From: Vitrella brassicaformis CCMP3155
Lineage: Eukaryota; Protista; Chromerida
Assembly (NCBI GenBank): GCA_001179505.1
Contig: CDMY01000878.1
Span: 62,001-126,000, forward strand
Reading direction: 5' to 3'
DNA length: 64,000 nt
Below are positions 11,141-23,142 of the stretch, piece by piece (positions within the stretch are counted from its first letter, which is position 1; each line of letters starts with the position of its first letter). A program made the position numbers and the translations under genes. The notes under the pieces were generated by a model. That model was not told the DNA's origin, did not search any database, and was given only the letters and a program-made list of their open reading frames with translations.

Positions 11141-14100
11141 ATGGGGGCGGTTGAGCGTCAGCTGCGTGCGCTGATCCATCGTGCCGCAACAGCGAATCCG
11201 GCGGACCCCGAGGACGACCCGCACGCACACATCAACGCTGCATACACCCTCATACAAGAGGGCAGCGACTCGTTCGGAGGGGGCATCGGTGCAGGTAGAC
11301 AAACACTGTCTGGTGGCGTAGGGGAGACGGCATGTTTCTTCTCGTGTGTTGTGCAGATGTGTTGGTGGTGTTTGCTGAGGCGGCCGCTGCACTGGGCCAC
11401 CATGAGGAGCAGATCATTCGTGCGCTGGAGGTACGCGAAGCCGGCCAACCTCTTATATGGCGTGGCCGTCTTTGTGTGTGCGGCAGTTGTTTGAGCGTTC
11501 GGAGCCCGAGGATCTGCAGTGGAATGCGAGGGCCAACATCGTCAGGTAGTGCCTGGCCAGTCGGGGGGTGCATGTGGCCGTCTGTATGTATGTATATGGG
11601 TCACAGGTGTCTCTACGAGGGGCGCAAGGCATTGAGAGACAAGTGCCAGGGGGATGATCTCGTTGAGCAGATCCACTTTGCCCTAGAAAGCCTCACTCAG
11701 GCACTGCAGATCGCCGCCAAGAGCGAAAACAAGGCCAGGTAGGCAGGCTTTACACATCCAGAACAACCGCCGCACAGCCTTCTGTGTTCAGGTATGCATT
11801 TGTGGTGTACAATGCGAGTTTGGTGTTTGTGGAGGTGGTCCGCCCCCTGCTGCGGCCTGGGTGGTGCAAGCACCTCGTCGAGCCGCTGCAGAGCCTCATC
11901 AATGCTCTCAAGTAGCAACCTCATGGAACACGTACGCTCCATGCAGGCGACAGATGTCGAATGTCTTCCCTCCGTGCAGCGCTGCCTCTCCAGCTGTCGG
12001 TGATGTGAAAGACAGCAAGAAAGGTGGCGGTGACGCATCGGCGGCGTCTCAAGGCGTGCCATGCCCTGTGGACACCATGTGGAGGGTGGAGCTACTGCTG
12101 CAGCTTGCATTCTGCCTTGAGGACGACAGCAAAGCCGCAGAAGCACAGAAGGTCATGCAAACCAGTAGAGGCCTGAATAGACAGCGTCCCACCTGGCTGT
12201 CTGTCTGTGCGTGTTTGCAGGCGCTTGATGAGGCCGTTGCCAAAGTGAAGGGCTTTACTGACATCCAGAGCGAAGCGCCATGGATGCCTCTCCTGATAAT
12301 CAGGTGGGGCACGCGCACTCAATTCCATTCATGCAGTGCAAAACGAGGGCGTGTCTCCTTTTCTTCTTTCTGTATTCAGTGCTCGCTGCTACTTCTGCCG
12401 CACCAATGCCAATGGACAAGCAGCCCTCAAGAAGGACGTCGAGAGCTCCAAATGGATGAAAGTGGCCACCACGGTAAGGTACACAATACACTTACCGATA
12501 CACTCATGGGCAGGTGTGATTGTCGATGACCCTGACCAGGGGTACCTAGCCATGTATGGCGGCATCGAGAAGGACCTGGACACAGAGCTTGTCAAGACCT
12601 GGGCCCTCATCGATCAGCCTTTCGAAGACACACTCAAGCAGGCAAGCGCCGCCCCGCCCCTCACTCCCGCCGCCCATGCAGCGGAGAGCAAGCAGAAGGA
12701 CATTGAGGCCGACGCTGCGGCCACTGACACACCCAAGAGCCTGTCGTCGGATGAGAACATCGCTATGGCTCTTCTGCTGAGGGCGGCGGTGAGACGGCAG
12801 CTGTGGGGCATCGCAAGGGGCATGGCGGCTCGATTGCAGCGGTAGGGATCAAGGAAAACGACGGACGAACAAACAGACAGACAGACAGACAGACAGGCAG
12901 ACGCAAATAGTTCTGTGCAGCTTCCGTGCTCTGCCGCCGCGTGCTCGAGTGCTGCTGGACATGAGCCGCGCTGAGCTCATGGTCCATCGTGTGACGACTG
13001 AGCGGTGGACCGATGCAGCGACGGGATTTCTGCTCTCGCGGAGTCAACAGAAGGAGGGGGAGCTCGACGAAAGGTGTGCTGCTGTGAGACTGCTCGAGCA
13101 GGTCGGCTGCTCCACATGAACACACTTGCAAGTCTCTCACTCATTGAGTGAATATATCATTGCCGCATCTGCTGTGCAGTGCATGACGGCGGCGACGCGC
13201 ATCCCGAATGGCTATGACCTGATAGAGGAGTCGGCATGCCTGCTGTGGCAGGCAGCCATACCGCTCTGCAGACAATCGCACAGACCCAAGATCCAACGGG
13301 CGCTGCAGAAGGCGGTGGACGTGTTGGCTGACCTGCAGTCGACACTCCACGAGCTTCGCACGAACCTGCTCTTCCAACTCGCAAAGTGCGAAGTGAGCCA
13401 CACACATCGAGACACGGCAGAGACAGACAGCCAAACCATGTCTCGCTTGCTTTGGTAGTTGTCGAAAGATCTGTTGTCGAGCGCGCAAAGTCTGCTGGAG
13501 AAGGCGACGTGCATCGATGCGACGCTGCTGCCCTCCCAGGCCCCTGTGGCCCCACCTGATCCGACCGCTCATGAAGCGACAGAGTATCTGCGGCCCCTCG
13601 ATCGCTACGTGAAGCCCCTGCAGCGGCATTTGCACTGGAAGCTGGTTCTCTACGAAGAGCCGAGTGAAGCCACAGACAGAGCAGCGCTGCTCATTGACCA
13701 GGTGGGAAGGTTGTGGAGAGAGAAACACGTCGTTCCGAATGGCTTGTTTGTTCACCCTCGCTGCTGCAGATGCGTGCGTCTCGCGACGATGGAGTAGTCA
13801 AGACTTTGTTACATCGCGTGGATCAAGTGTTGTCGGGCGAGCTCCACCAGCTCATGGAGAAACACCAACAGGACAATCCGGATGACCATGAAGCTGCTGC
13901 ATCGCCAGAGCTCGCTGCAAAGCTCAAACGAGTGGTAAAGCACGGGATTGCCAATCCCGAAGCACGGGATTGCCAATCCCGTTTCTCTCCGATGCTTTCC
14001 AATTCTCCTACTTGGTGCAGAGCATGTTGATGTGCGACTTGGCCGAGCAGGCCTCTGCTATCGGCGAACATGATTCTGACCTCCAGTATGCGGGCCGCGC

Positions 14101-17100
14101 CCGCCTGCTGGTCGCCAATCACAACGCGGTTAGTCGCGAGCTGTGGGATGCGTCGCCGTACGCCGCGACATGTGGCTCTCTCGCTGAGCTGGCCTTGCCG
14201 TCCGTCGAGCTCAGCGTCCCGCTGGACGTTGAGGTCGCCATTGCCCTCGCTGAGGCCGCTTATACACAGGTAACATGGCATGGGCGGGTGTGGACAAACA
14301 AACGGTCCGCTGGTAATTGTTGTCATCTTCGCGCAGGCTGCGTGCTTATTCGATATGTTGTTGGATGACTGGGATGTGTGTCCTGGCGTGATGGAGGAGG
14401 AGGTCGATGCGTCGGCCACCAGCAGAAGGAGATCCGTCGCCTTCGGCGGAGACGCGGTGTGTCTTAAGTCTGTCGTCCTGTCCACTGACGGGCTTGTCTC
14501 TCGTGTGTCAGGGCGAGCCAGAGGAGCCGCGGTTGAGCCCGGAGGAGCGGCAGAAAGTCATGGACATGAAGACACACCTCCTCAGGCACATCGCATTCGG
14601 AGTGCAAATCAGGTAGAGCTGTTTGTGTATGAGAGGCCGCAGCTGCAGACGTAATAACTCCTGGCTTTTGGCTCGCTCAGTATGGATTTCGGTCAGCAGT
14701 GGCTGGCATCCAATGGGGCGGCTCACTTGTGGAACTTCCACAGAGATGTGATGGAGGGCGAGCTCGTCCAGCGGGCCATGCCTTTGCTGATCGACACGCT
14801 GCAGGTCAATCGCTCGTCGATGACATGATCGTCTGACTGTGTTTGGTGTGGCATCGGTCGATTGCAGAGCATTCACGAGACACTGACGGGCCTACCTCTG
14901 GCCCAAGTCGACTCCCAGCTGTTGATGAGCCTCACAACCCTGCACTGCAGATGCCTACAGGTATCCATTCCGCAGTGATACCCCTATCTGTCTGCATTTC
15001 TTCTCCCTTTCTCTGCACTCTCTGCAGCACAGTGATCCTCCCAGAGTGGCTGATGCCGAGACAGTTGCCCTGGCAGCCCTTCCCTTGCTTGAAGCCGCCC
15101 AGCGCAAGCAGCTGACCGAGTGCTTGTCAGACATATGCACCAGCGCTTCGCGGCCCGTCCCTGCCATCCCCGCACCAGCGGGCGAGGGCGGTGGCGGCGG
15201 CGGTCCCGATGTGGCCGGCAAGAAGGATGCCGGCAAAAGTAGGAAAAAGGGCAGGGCGGAGGCGGCCTCACCGGTTGCCGCAGGGGCCAAGGGCATGGAG
15301 GGGGAAGCCATGAGAATCATGCAGGTAACCTGGTTGGAAGGTGATGCTATTGATTGTGTGTGATGGGTGTCATGTCTATGTCTTTCGTGTTGAGGTGTTA
15401 GGGCATTGCTTCTGAGACATCTCCGGATGGTCGCATGAAGCTTGCACAGCAGGCCTTAGGCCTGCTCAAGGGCATGGAAGTCACTCAGGGCGACGAAGAA
15501 GAGGTGAGGCAGAAACACGTGCACATTGGCTGTGATCGATTTCTTTCGCCCGGTGATCAGCTGAGCCTGCACACGGAGCTATTGGCGCGTCTCGGTCAGC
15601 ACTGCCTGTCCATTGGTACCAAGGACGGCGGCAAGCTCGGGGTCTCGGCAGCGCTGCACGCTCTCGGGGGCCCCGATGAGTGCGATAAGGCCCTGACGGT
15701 GCCGGCAAACGCCTCACCCCGTCGCCTCCACTGGATGGGCGCCTGCCATCACATCATGGGACGGGCCCTCGCCTCACTCATTGACCCAGAGAGACAGGAG
15801 GAGCAGTCGATATTGAGTCTTCGCCAGTCGGCGCTGAAGCACTTCATGGCTGCGTGTCAGTATGCCTGCGCTAGCCACTCGAAGCGGTTGTGCGGGAGCG
15901 CTGCCTGTGGGCTGTGGAACGTTGCTGTTGGGCTGCTGAAGGAGGGACAGCGGGGCGAGGCAGTGGAGGCTTTGCAGCTGGCGGTGTCGTCCATGGCGGC
16001 CGTGCAGCTGAAAGACCTCTATGAGTTCAGGTGCACACACCAGACACACACACACACAGACATCCCTTCCTTGTGTATGTCTGTCACATGAATGTGTTTC
16101 TACAGAGTGAACATGTATGCTGCGTTGTATGACTGCTACGCCGAGACCAGCAACTGGTCAGCGATCGATGCTGCGCTCGATGAGGCCTTCAGGAGTCTGC
16201 CCACCGCACATCACCGCCGCATATGGGCACTCAAGCTCCTCTCGCTCAGCAAACAGGTCCATTGACACGCAACAAACATCCCGACACACATGTGTGTCTT
16301 GTCCGTGATGGGCAGGGAAAGGATGTGGTGATAGCTATGGGCAAGGTCAAGGAGAGCCAGGCCAACGTCCAGGCGAATCTGTGGCTCACACTGGCACACT
16401 CCTACCCGAGCACACAGCACACCGCCCACATGCACGCCTACCAGAAGGCCCTGGAGCTGCTCGAGGGCGCGCAGCAGCTCTCGGCCGTCGAAGTTCGCAT
16501 AGAAATTGCCGACTGGCTGGTGAATCCACACACCTTACACCCGGATACACGGATGGCCACTTGCGTGTCTCCATCTCACTAGTTGCGGAACTACATGGCG
16601 TTTGGTGCTGCCCGGGATCAGCTGCAAGTGGCCATCACGTCCCTGTACGAGATAGAGGAGGAGGGCGAGGAGGAAGAAGGACCTGCAGATGCGGCACAGG
16701 AAAGAAAGTGAGAAGCCAGCAGCGCACCACTGCACAGTAAACACGTATCTCGGGTCATGTTTGCAGGTCCAGTCACTCCAGGCGCAGCAGCAAATCTGGA
16801 GTGTCACGCAAATCGGGCAGGTAGGTAGCCTCGCGACGGCCCAATTCTGACAGGCCAAAAATGACGGATTCTCATGCTTTTCAGGTCAGTGTTGTCGAAG
16901 CGGTCCCGTCGGTCCAGCGGTTCATCGAGAGACAGGCGGTCGGCCAAGTCGGCCAAGTCACTCAAGTCACGCCGGTCATCCGCATCCATCTCTGCATCGA
17001 AAAAGTCCGTTTTGTCGCGGAAGTCATCCAAGATCGAAAAGGCCGCCAGCAGCCATCATGATGAAGACGCTGAGGTGAGGGCAGCTGGAGAGCAAGTCCT

Positions 17101-20100
17101 CTGTACTGTGCTTGTTGTTTCGCTCGGGTCTCGCTCTCTGTGTGGCAGCCTCCGAATGTGCTGCATAGCGGTCATTACGAGATGCTGTGTCGGGCGCTGG
17201 TTTTGGCGTCACGGGTGGCGCCGACAGGGGGCGAGGCCATGCAGTTCGCTACGTCTGCCGTCCATTTCATCGTCCGGACCTTCGAAGTGGCGGGTAGGGG
17301 CACGCAGGCCGTATCGTGCACGCTTTATCGTCGTATCACTTCCTGCTGGCGTGTATTGCACAGCGCGCCAGGCCACGTCGATCGAGCGGAGAGAGTACGA
17401 GAGGCTGATAGAGGAGCGGCAGAAGGCCAAGAAGAAAGAGATGCTCGAGAGCGGAGACAAACCTCCAGCCGATGCTGGCGAGGACTCTGCGGTAAGCCGC
17501 AGTCGGCTTCCCCACAGCCCCTTTGTACACGTGTGTGTGTGCAGAGGGACGACAATCTGCCGGAGGTTCCCGTGCCCCACATGATTCCCTCAACTCTCGA
17601 GGATTGGTGCGAATCGGGGAGGCGTCTGCTGCCTTCGTCCATTGTGGAGGCGGTAAGGCGCATGCAGTGGCTGGGTGACGTCCCGGAAGGGGCCGAGGTC
17701 ATTCTCTCCCTCAACAACGACCGCGTCTTCACCAGGCCTTCCCTGTCCCACTACGCCCTCTCCTCTCTCGAGCGCTATCTCTTCGACCACGGCCTACACA
17801 GCTTCGCCCTCCCGGTGCTGCAATTCCACCGCCACCTCGTGACGCAGATCAGTCCACCCGACGAGGGTGAGACAGATGCGCCGACAGCCACGCCCACGTC
17901 CACGTCTCCCCAGACCTCGCCACGAGACGAGGTGGGTGCCTTCCCCTTGGGTCCACTGCCGCCCGTCACGCCGCTGCAGGAGTGTGTCTCCGCCCTGGTG
18001 GAGCTGCGGATGGCCAAGGCGGCACATTTCTGTGGCGTCACGGACACCGAGCAGCAGGTGAGGTGAAGGGTGTGTGCATGCGTGGCAGTGTGTGACGTGT
18101 TCCCTGTCAGATTCTTGGCAAGGTGAGGCCTCTGTTGGAAGAGAAGATCTCAAACCACATCGAGACGTGGAAGGCCGCAATGCCAACGATGCCGTCCTCA
18201 TTCGACGAGACCACAGGGGACATCGAAGTCGCTGAACCGCCAGCGGTGCTGACGGCAGGGGCAGAGCAGTGGGTGTGCAACGATGTACAGCCTGCAGACG
18301 TGAGTGTATGCAGCACGCAGCGACATCCATGTGTGGATTTCGCTCTTGCAGGTGCTGGTTGAGATCGCAGATGAATGCTGGCAACGAGGAATGCTGCGCC
18401 AAGCCTCCTTCTTTGCGGAGGCGGCACACGCCCTGTCACCCAACGAAGCCGCTCGGCGACGGGCGAGTGTCATGGTCGGCCGCATATGGCTTGCTGAGGG
18501 CCGCCACCGCACAGCGCTGCAAAGCACAGCGAGTGGGATCACTCGCAGCCCCACGCCGTGTGCAGTGGATGTCACTCTCGACGCTGTGGAGCTTCTCACG
18601 GTAAGCAGAAAGGGAGAAAGGAGTGGTGAAGCTTGATTAATGATGGCGGCCCTGCTGCATGCGCTATGCCAGGACGCCTACACGCAATCCGGCCGTGGCC
18701 CCTTTGCCGAGCAGCTCATCTCGCAGACAGAAGCGGCACTGTCGAAGCTGACGCGGCCCAAACCACCAGCACAGGAGAGGACATATGCGCCTTCATCTCC
18801 CGCGCCCTTCCCTCCCCCTCTCCCTGCAGTGGCCCAGTCCAGTCGCAAAGCACACACATCTGCCGCCGCCCCAGTTGGCCGTCCCCCTCCCGGCTGGCCC
18901 TACCCACGTGCAGAGTGCCGGCTCCTCGTCATGTCAATCATGCACAAGCTGCACCTGCTCGCCGCGCCGCAGAGTGTGCCGCTTTCGTCGGACTTTGTGA
19001 AGCACTGCAGCGAGGTGCAGGAGGGGATGCAGCAGCTGCTGGACTGTGTGATGCGTGGGGGGCTGTACTGGGAAGGCGTACAGTGCATGGTGCGGTGTAT
19101 TCGGGCGGCTTTGGGGATGGTGGAGGAGCGGATCGAGGCCGCTGTGTGGCGAGACGTGGGCGCCAGCGGGGCCGTGGAGAGGTGGAGGTTCTACGAGAGC
19201 TACCTGCAGAGCATGTTGGGGCACCTGGACGTAAGAGGGACACACACTCAGATGATGCACTGACATGTCTTCCCTCATTCAGGCTCTCAGGCCGGCTATT
19301 GGACACCTTCTGCCGCTGAGCGCCCCCTATCTGTCCCCCTCTGCCGACTCCCCGCCCACCAAGACGGCCACAAAGCACCTCATCGACGATTGGAAGGCCG
19401 TTCAATGCCATCTCATCCGCCGCCTTGAAGAGGCACACAAGAATCAGCGGCGTGTCAGGGACGGGCGAATGTGGCGGCGTGTGATTCTCCGGCCTGCAGA
19501 GGTGGATGAGAGTGATCTTGGGGGGATGACTGCGGAGGGGGACGGAGAGAACAGTGTGACCAAGTGGCTGCGGGCGACTGCGTTGGAGCTGGAGAAGGCT
19601 CGAGCCACTGGCAAGGTGGCTGTGTCCCTCGACGCGGCTGGGGAGAAAAAGGAAGTCGCGACAAAGGACACTACCTCACGTACGGCTGCCTTCGCTTGCT
19701 GGGACACGCTCACAGAATGGTGTCTGTGCGTGTTCTGTGTGCAGCTGCCGCATTCACCATGACGTCTGACCCTCTGATCTCCACACCCGCCACACGCTAC
19801 GCCCGCGGCCACTCTCGCGCCGAAGACGCCCTCCTCTCCCTGTCCGACACATCCGTTCCCACCCCACCTCAGGCCTCGCAGTGCGGAGTCATCCAGGGCT
19901 CCTCCCTTCTTCTGCAAGAGCCATCCTCCGAGACTGCACCAGCCGTGATGCGGCAGTCTGTGTGGTTGCATCCGGTGTATTGCCGCGTGTTGGCGGAGAA
20001 AGCGGCGCTGCAGCTGAGTGTGTGGCGCGGAAAGGAAGCGAGGGGATGGGTGCAGGCGGAGGACGAGGCGCAAAGGCCGCTGGATGGAAAGAGGCTGCAC

Positions 20101-22678
20101 GTGTGGGAGAGCATGTCTACAGAGGAAATCGAGCGGAAGTGCATGGAAGTCGAAGACAGACTCAGCAAAGCGGCAGAGGTGCGCAAATCCCACACATAGT
20201 AAGTACACTAACGTCATTCCTTCCTGTCTCTCTCCTCGCAGATGGCTGCCGGCTCTCGAGCAGAGGAGCCTTTGTTACCTGACGACTCCTCTTCTGCACC
20301 TGTGCCTCCTCGGCTGAAGGGTTCTGTGGTGTCAATCGGCAATCCGATCACAGAAGTGCCTCCGGGGTGGAGGGAAGCAGCGGCGGCCTACCATGACGCA
20401 GCCATACAGAGATGCCTTGCCATGAGGCTCTTCCGAGAGGTGAGTGGATGGATTGCTGGGGAGGGAGACATGGGTGCGGACATCGATGTCGTGTGTCTGC
20501 AAGGCGTCGTTGACGGCGATGCATTTGGCGGTCGAGGGCACCGGCAACTGCACTTCGGCAGAGAGGCAGCTGTCCTTCGCAGCTCTCACCATCAAACAGG
20601 CAAAGAAAGCCACCTGGCCGTTGCTGTGTCTTGTTCCAATGTTGCGCTGCCCTCTCTTGCAGTCGAGCGAGGTCTGCGAGGAGGTGTTGCACCTGTGCCG
20701 CGCCGGTGGTGCGATGGCCCCCGACCACCCCGACATGGTGCTGCTGGAGAGGCTGGGGGCCATGGAAGTGGAGTGGAGGGACGCATCCACCCTCGACGCA
20801 TGGGGCAACATCGAAAGATCGCTGTGCCAGAAGTCGCCCCTCTACACGATGCTTCAGTGCTGGCAGCTGAGCGTCCCACAGCTGTGCAACGACATGCTCC
20901 CGAGGTCACTGATGGTCATGTCGCTCCAGCTGCACGACGGCCACCTCTACGCCGCTGTGGCCGTCACGCCACCGATGCCCGAGCAGACAGGGGGAGGGGG
21001 AGGGGGGAAGGGCAAGGAGGCCAAGAAAGACTCCAAGAAAGACGCGAAGGGGAAGGCCGCAAGCCCACTGCCGACAGAGGAACTGGTGAGGTAATTGAAG
21101 CACTCGGCGTGTGTGCACACATATGGATGGCTTCTTCCTGTGTCTACAGCCCCCTCCCGAGACACGGTATCGTGTGTACCGTCTTCCGCTCCCGCCCTCT
21201 CTCCTGCTGGACCGCATCGACGGCCTCAATGAGGCGGCTGCAGCCATGCGGACTCACCTCGTCTTTGCCGACCACGTCCCGACAACAACACAAAATCGCA
21301 CGCAGGAGGTCCTGGATGCTGTTGACAGGCTGATTTCGCCCATTATGCACTTCATCGAGGCTGATTTCTGGCCCCTGGGGCGGTTCTGGCAGCACTCCCT
21401 GTCGCCCACGCATCTGCTGTACCTGCCCTCGCGTGAGCTGCGGGGGCTGCCTTTCGAGCAGCTGGCATGTGTCAAGGGTAAGCAAGCAGATCCGTTTGAA
21501 GAGAGGGGTACATGTTCTGCTGCGCTGTCTGTGTGTGCAGGCATGTTTGGTCACAATGTGACGCGTGACTTCTCGCTCCACCTCTTCGTGCACCGGATGA
21601 CCATGCCTCTGCTGCAGTCCAACCACGAGGAGGCCATTACGGCCTTCCAGACGGCCATGCGCTCATCCACAGTGGAGACGCTCACCATGCCCGAGACACA
21701 AGTGGAGAGGAACAAGGTCACTCTCGTCTCCGATCCATACAATGAGGACACCCTCAACACCGACGGAGAGACCCTCATCGACACACACAAGCGGATTGTC
21801 CAGTCCGAGAACCTCTCATCTCCCTTGCACTTCACCGGCGACACCTACACGCCATCGCGTGACGACTTCAACCGCATTTTGATGGAGTCCAGCGGCCTTG
21901 TCTACACGGGCTTCGGCCGCGTGCTGAGTGCGTTTGGCGGCAGCAAGGTGGCAGGGAATCTCCACCTTGGGCACATGAAGATGGTGGCTTTGCTGGTCAT
22001 GGCGTCCAACGACGCTGCCGTCAGGAGGTATGCACAGTGTGCCTGCGGAGGTGTGTGTGGGAAAGAATGATTGGGCGCGTCTCTGGGTTTCAGGCAGACG
22101 AAGAGTGACTCGACTAAAACGCTCGCAGAGCTGAAGACCGACCAGGCACACGCAACTGCCCTCCTGCTGTCGTTCAGAGGTATGACAGCGATGAGAGACA
22201 CCATCTGAATGTCTCCCGTGTCCCTTGCCCGAGTACAGGAGTGAGAAGTGTGCTGAGTGTAATTAGCCCGGTCCCGACATTGCTCATCCAGAAGGCCGCC
22301 GACAGCCTTGTCACGTCAATGGCCAAGAACAAAGAGCCCGTCTTCGCTGCAAGGTGATTTATACAAACACGTGGATGAATGCACTGCACGTGTCTCTCGT
22401 GACCTTTGCTGCCTGTATGCACCAGGAAGAGCCTGCTGCAGCATGAAGTGCCAGTGGTGGAGCGGTATCAGCGCATCGGCCAGACCGAGGCAGCACAGCT
22501 GCCCCCCGACATGGCAGAGGCGCCCCAAGGAGACGACAGTGGTAGTGAAGGGGAGAAGACGGCCCTGTTGTTCGACGCCTACAGCGCCTCATCGTTGGTG
22601 TGTTACGGGCTGCCGTGGGTGCGGGTGGCGGTGGGGGAAGCTACGGGGAAGGGCGGGGCAGGCAAGGGCAAGAAGTGA
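11141..22678 (+). CDS. CFAP46: Cilia- and flagella-associated protein 46 (TTC40)-like; large helical-repeat central-apparatus protein
   Basis: About 11.5 kb multi-exon gene from ATG 11141 (MGAVERQLRALI) to TGA 22678 (GKGKK*). C-terminal segments LLYLPSRELRGLPFEQL, VTRDFSLHLFVHR and LVYTGFGRVLSAF match my recollection of the CFAP46 C-terminal domain. Size and TPR-like helical exons fit. Confidence 0.75.
13938..13981. repeat. Tandem 22-bp duplication, each unit holding an 8-bp-arm palindrome, inside a CFAP46 intron
   Basis: aagcacgggattgccaatcccg x2. cgggattg-c-caatcccg is a perfect inverted repeat. It lies in intron 13935-14020 (gtaaag...gtgcag). Confidence 0.9.
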
Positions 22679-23142
22679 GTGACAATCTACGTATCGATGC
22701 GTTCATATGAACGGCGTTTGCATGCCTGGCCGGTGGAGAGGTGATGCATCGATGAAGGATTGATGAATGCACTCATTAATACGAGTCTGTCGTCATTGCC
22801 ATGAAAGCGTTTGCATCTAAACACGATGTCTATGCACAGAGGGGTGGGCCCCGGACAAGCCTGTCTGCTAGGCTATTAGCTACTTACTGTACGTTCCGTC
22901 AGCTGCACACCTCCAGAGGCTGACCTACCCGTCCTGACGACAATACACGCCTCCATCCCATCTGCCTGTATCATCCACTCTCGCCAATCACATCTTCGCT
23001 TCGTGCAAGTACACCAACCCCATCTCTGCCGACGCCACTTGTTGCGCAGACAGACCACCCCAAGTCTACTACTATACTACAGCCGCTGCCCAGTCCCATC
23101 CCGTCTCGGCCACTATTACTACCTCGGCTCGACACTGCTACA

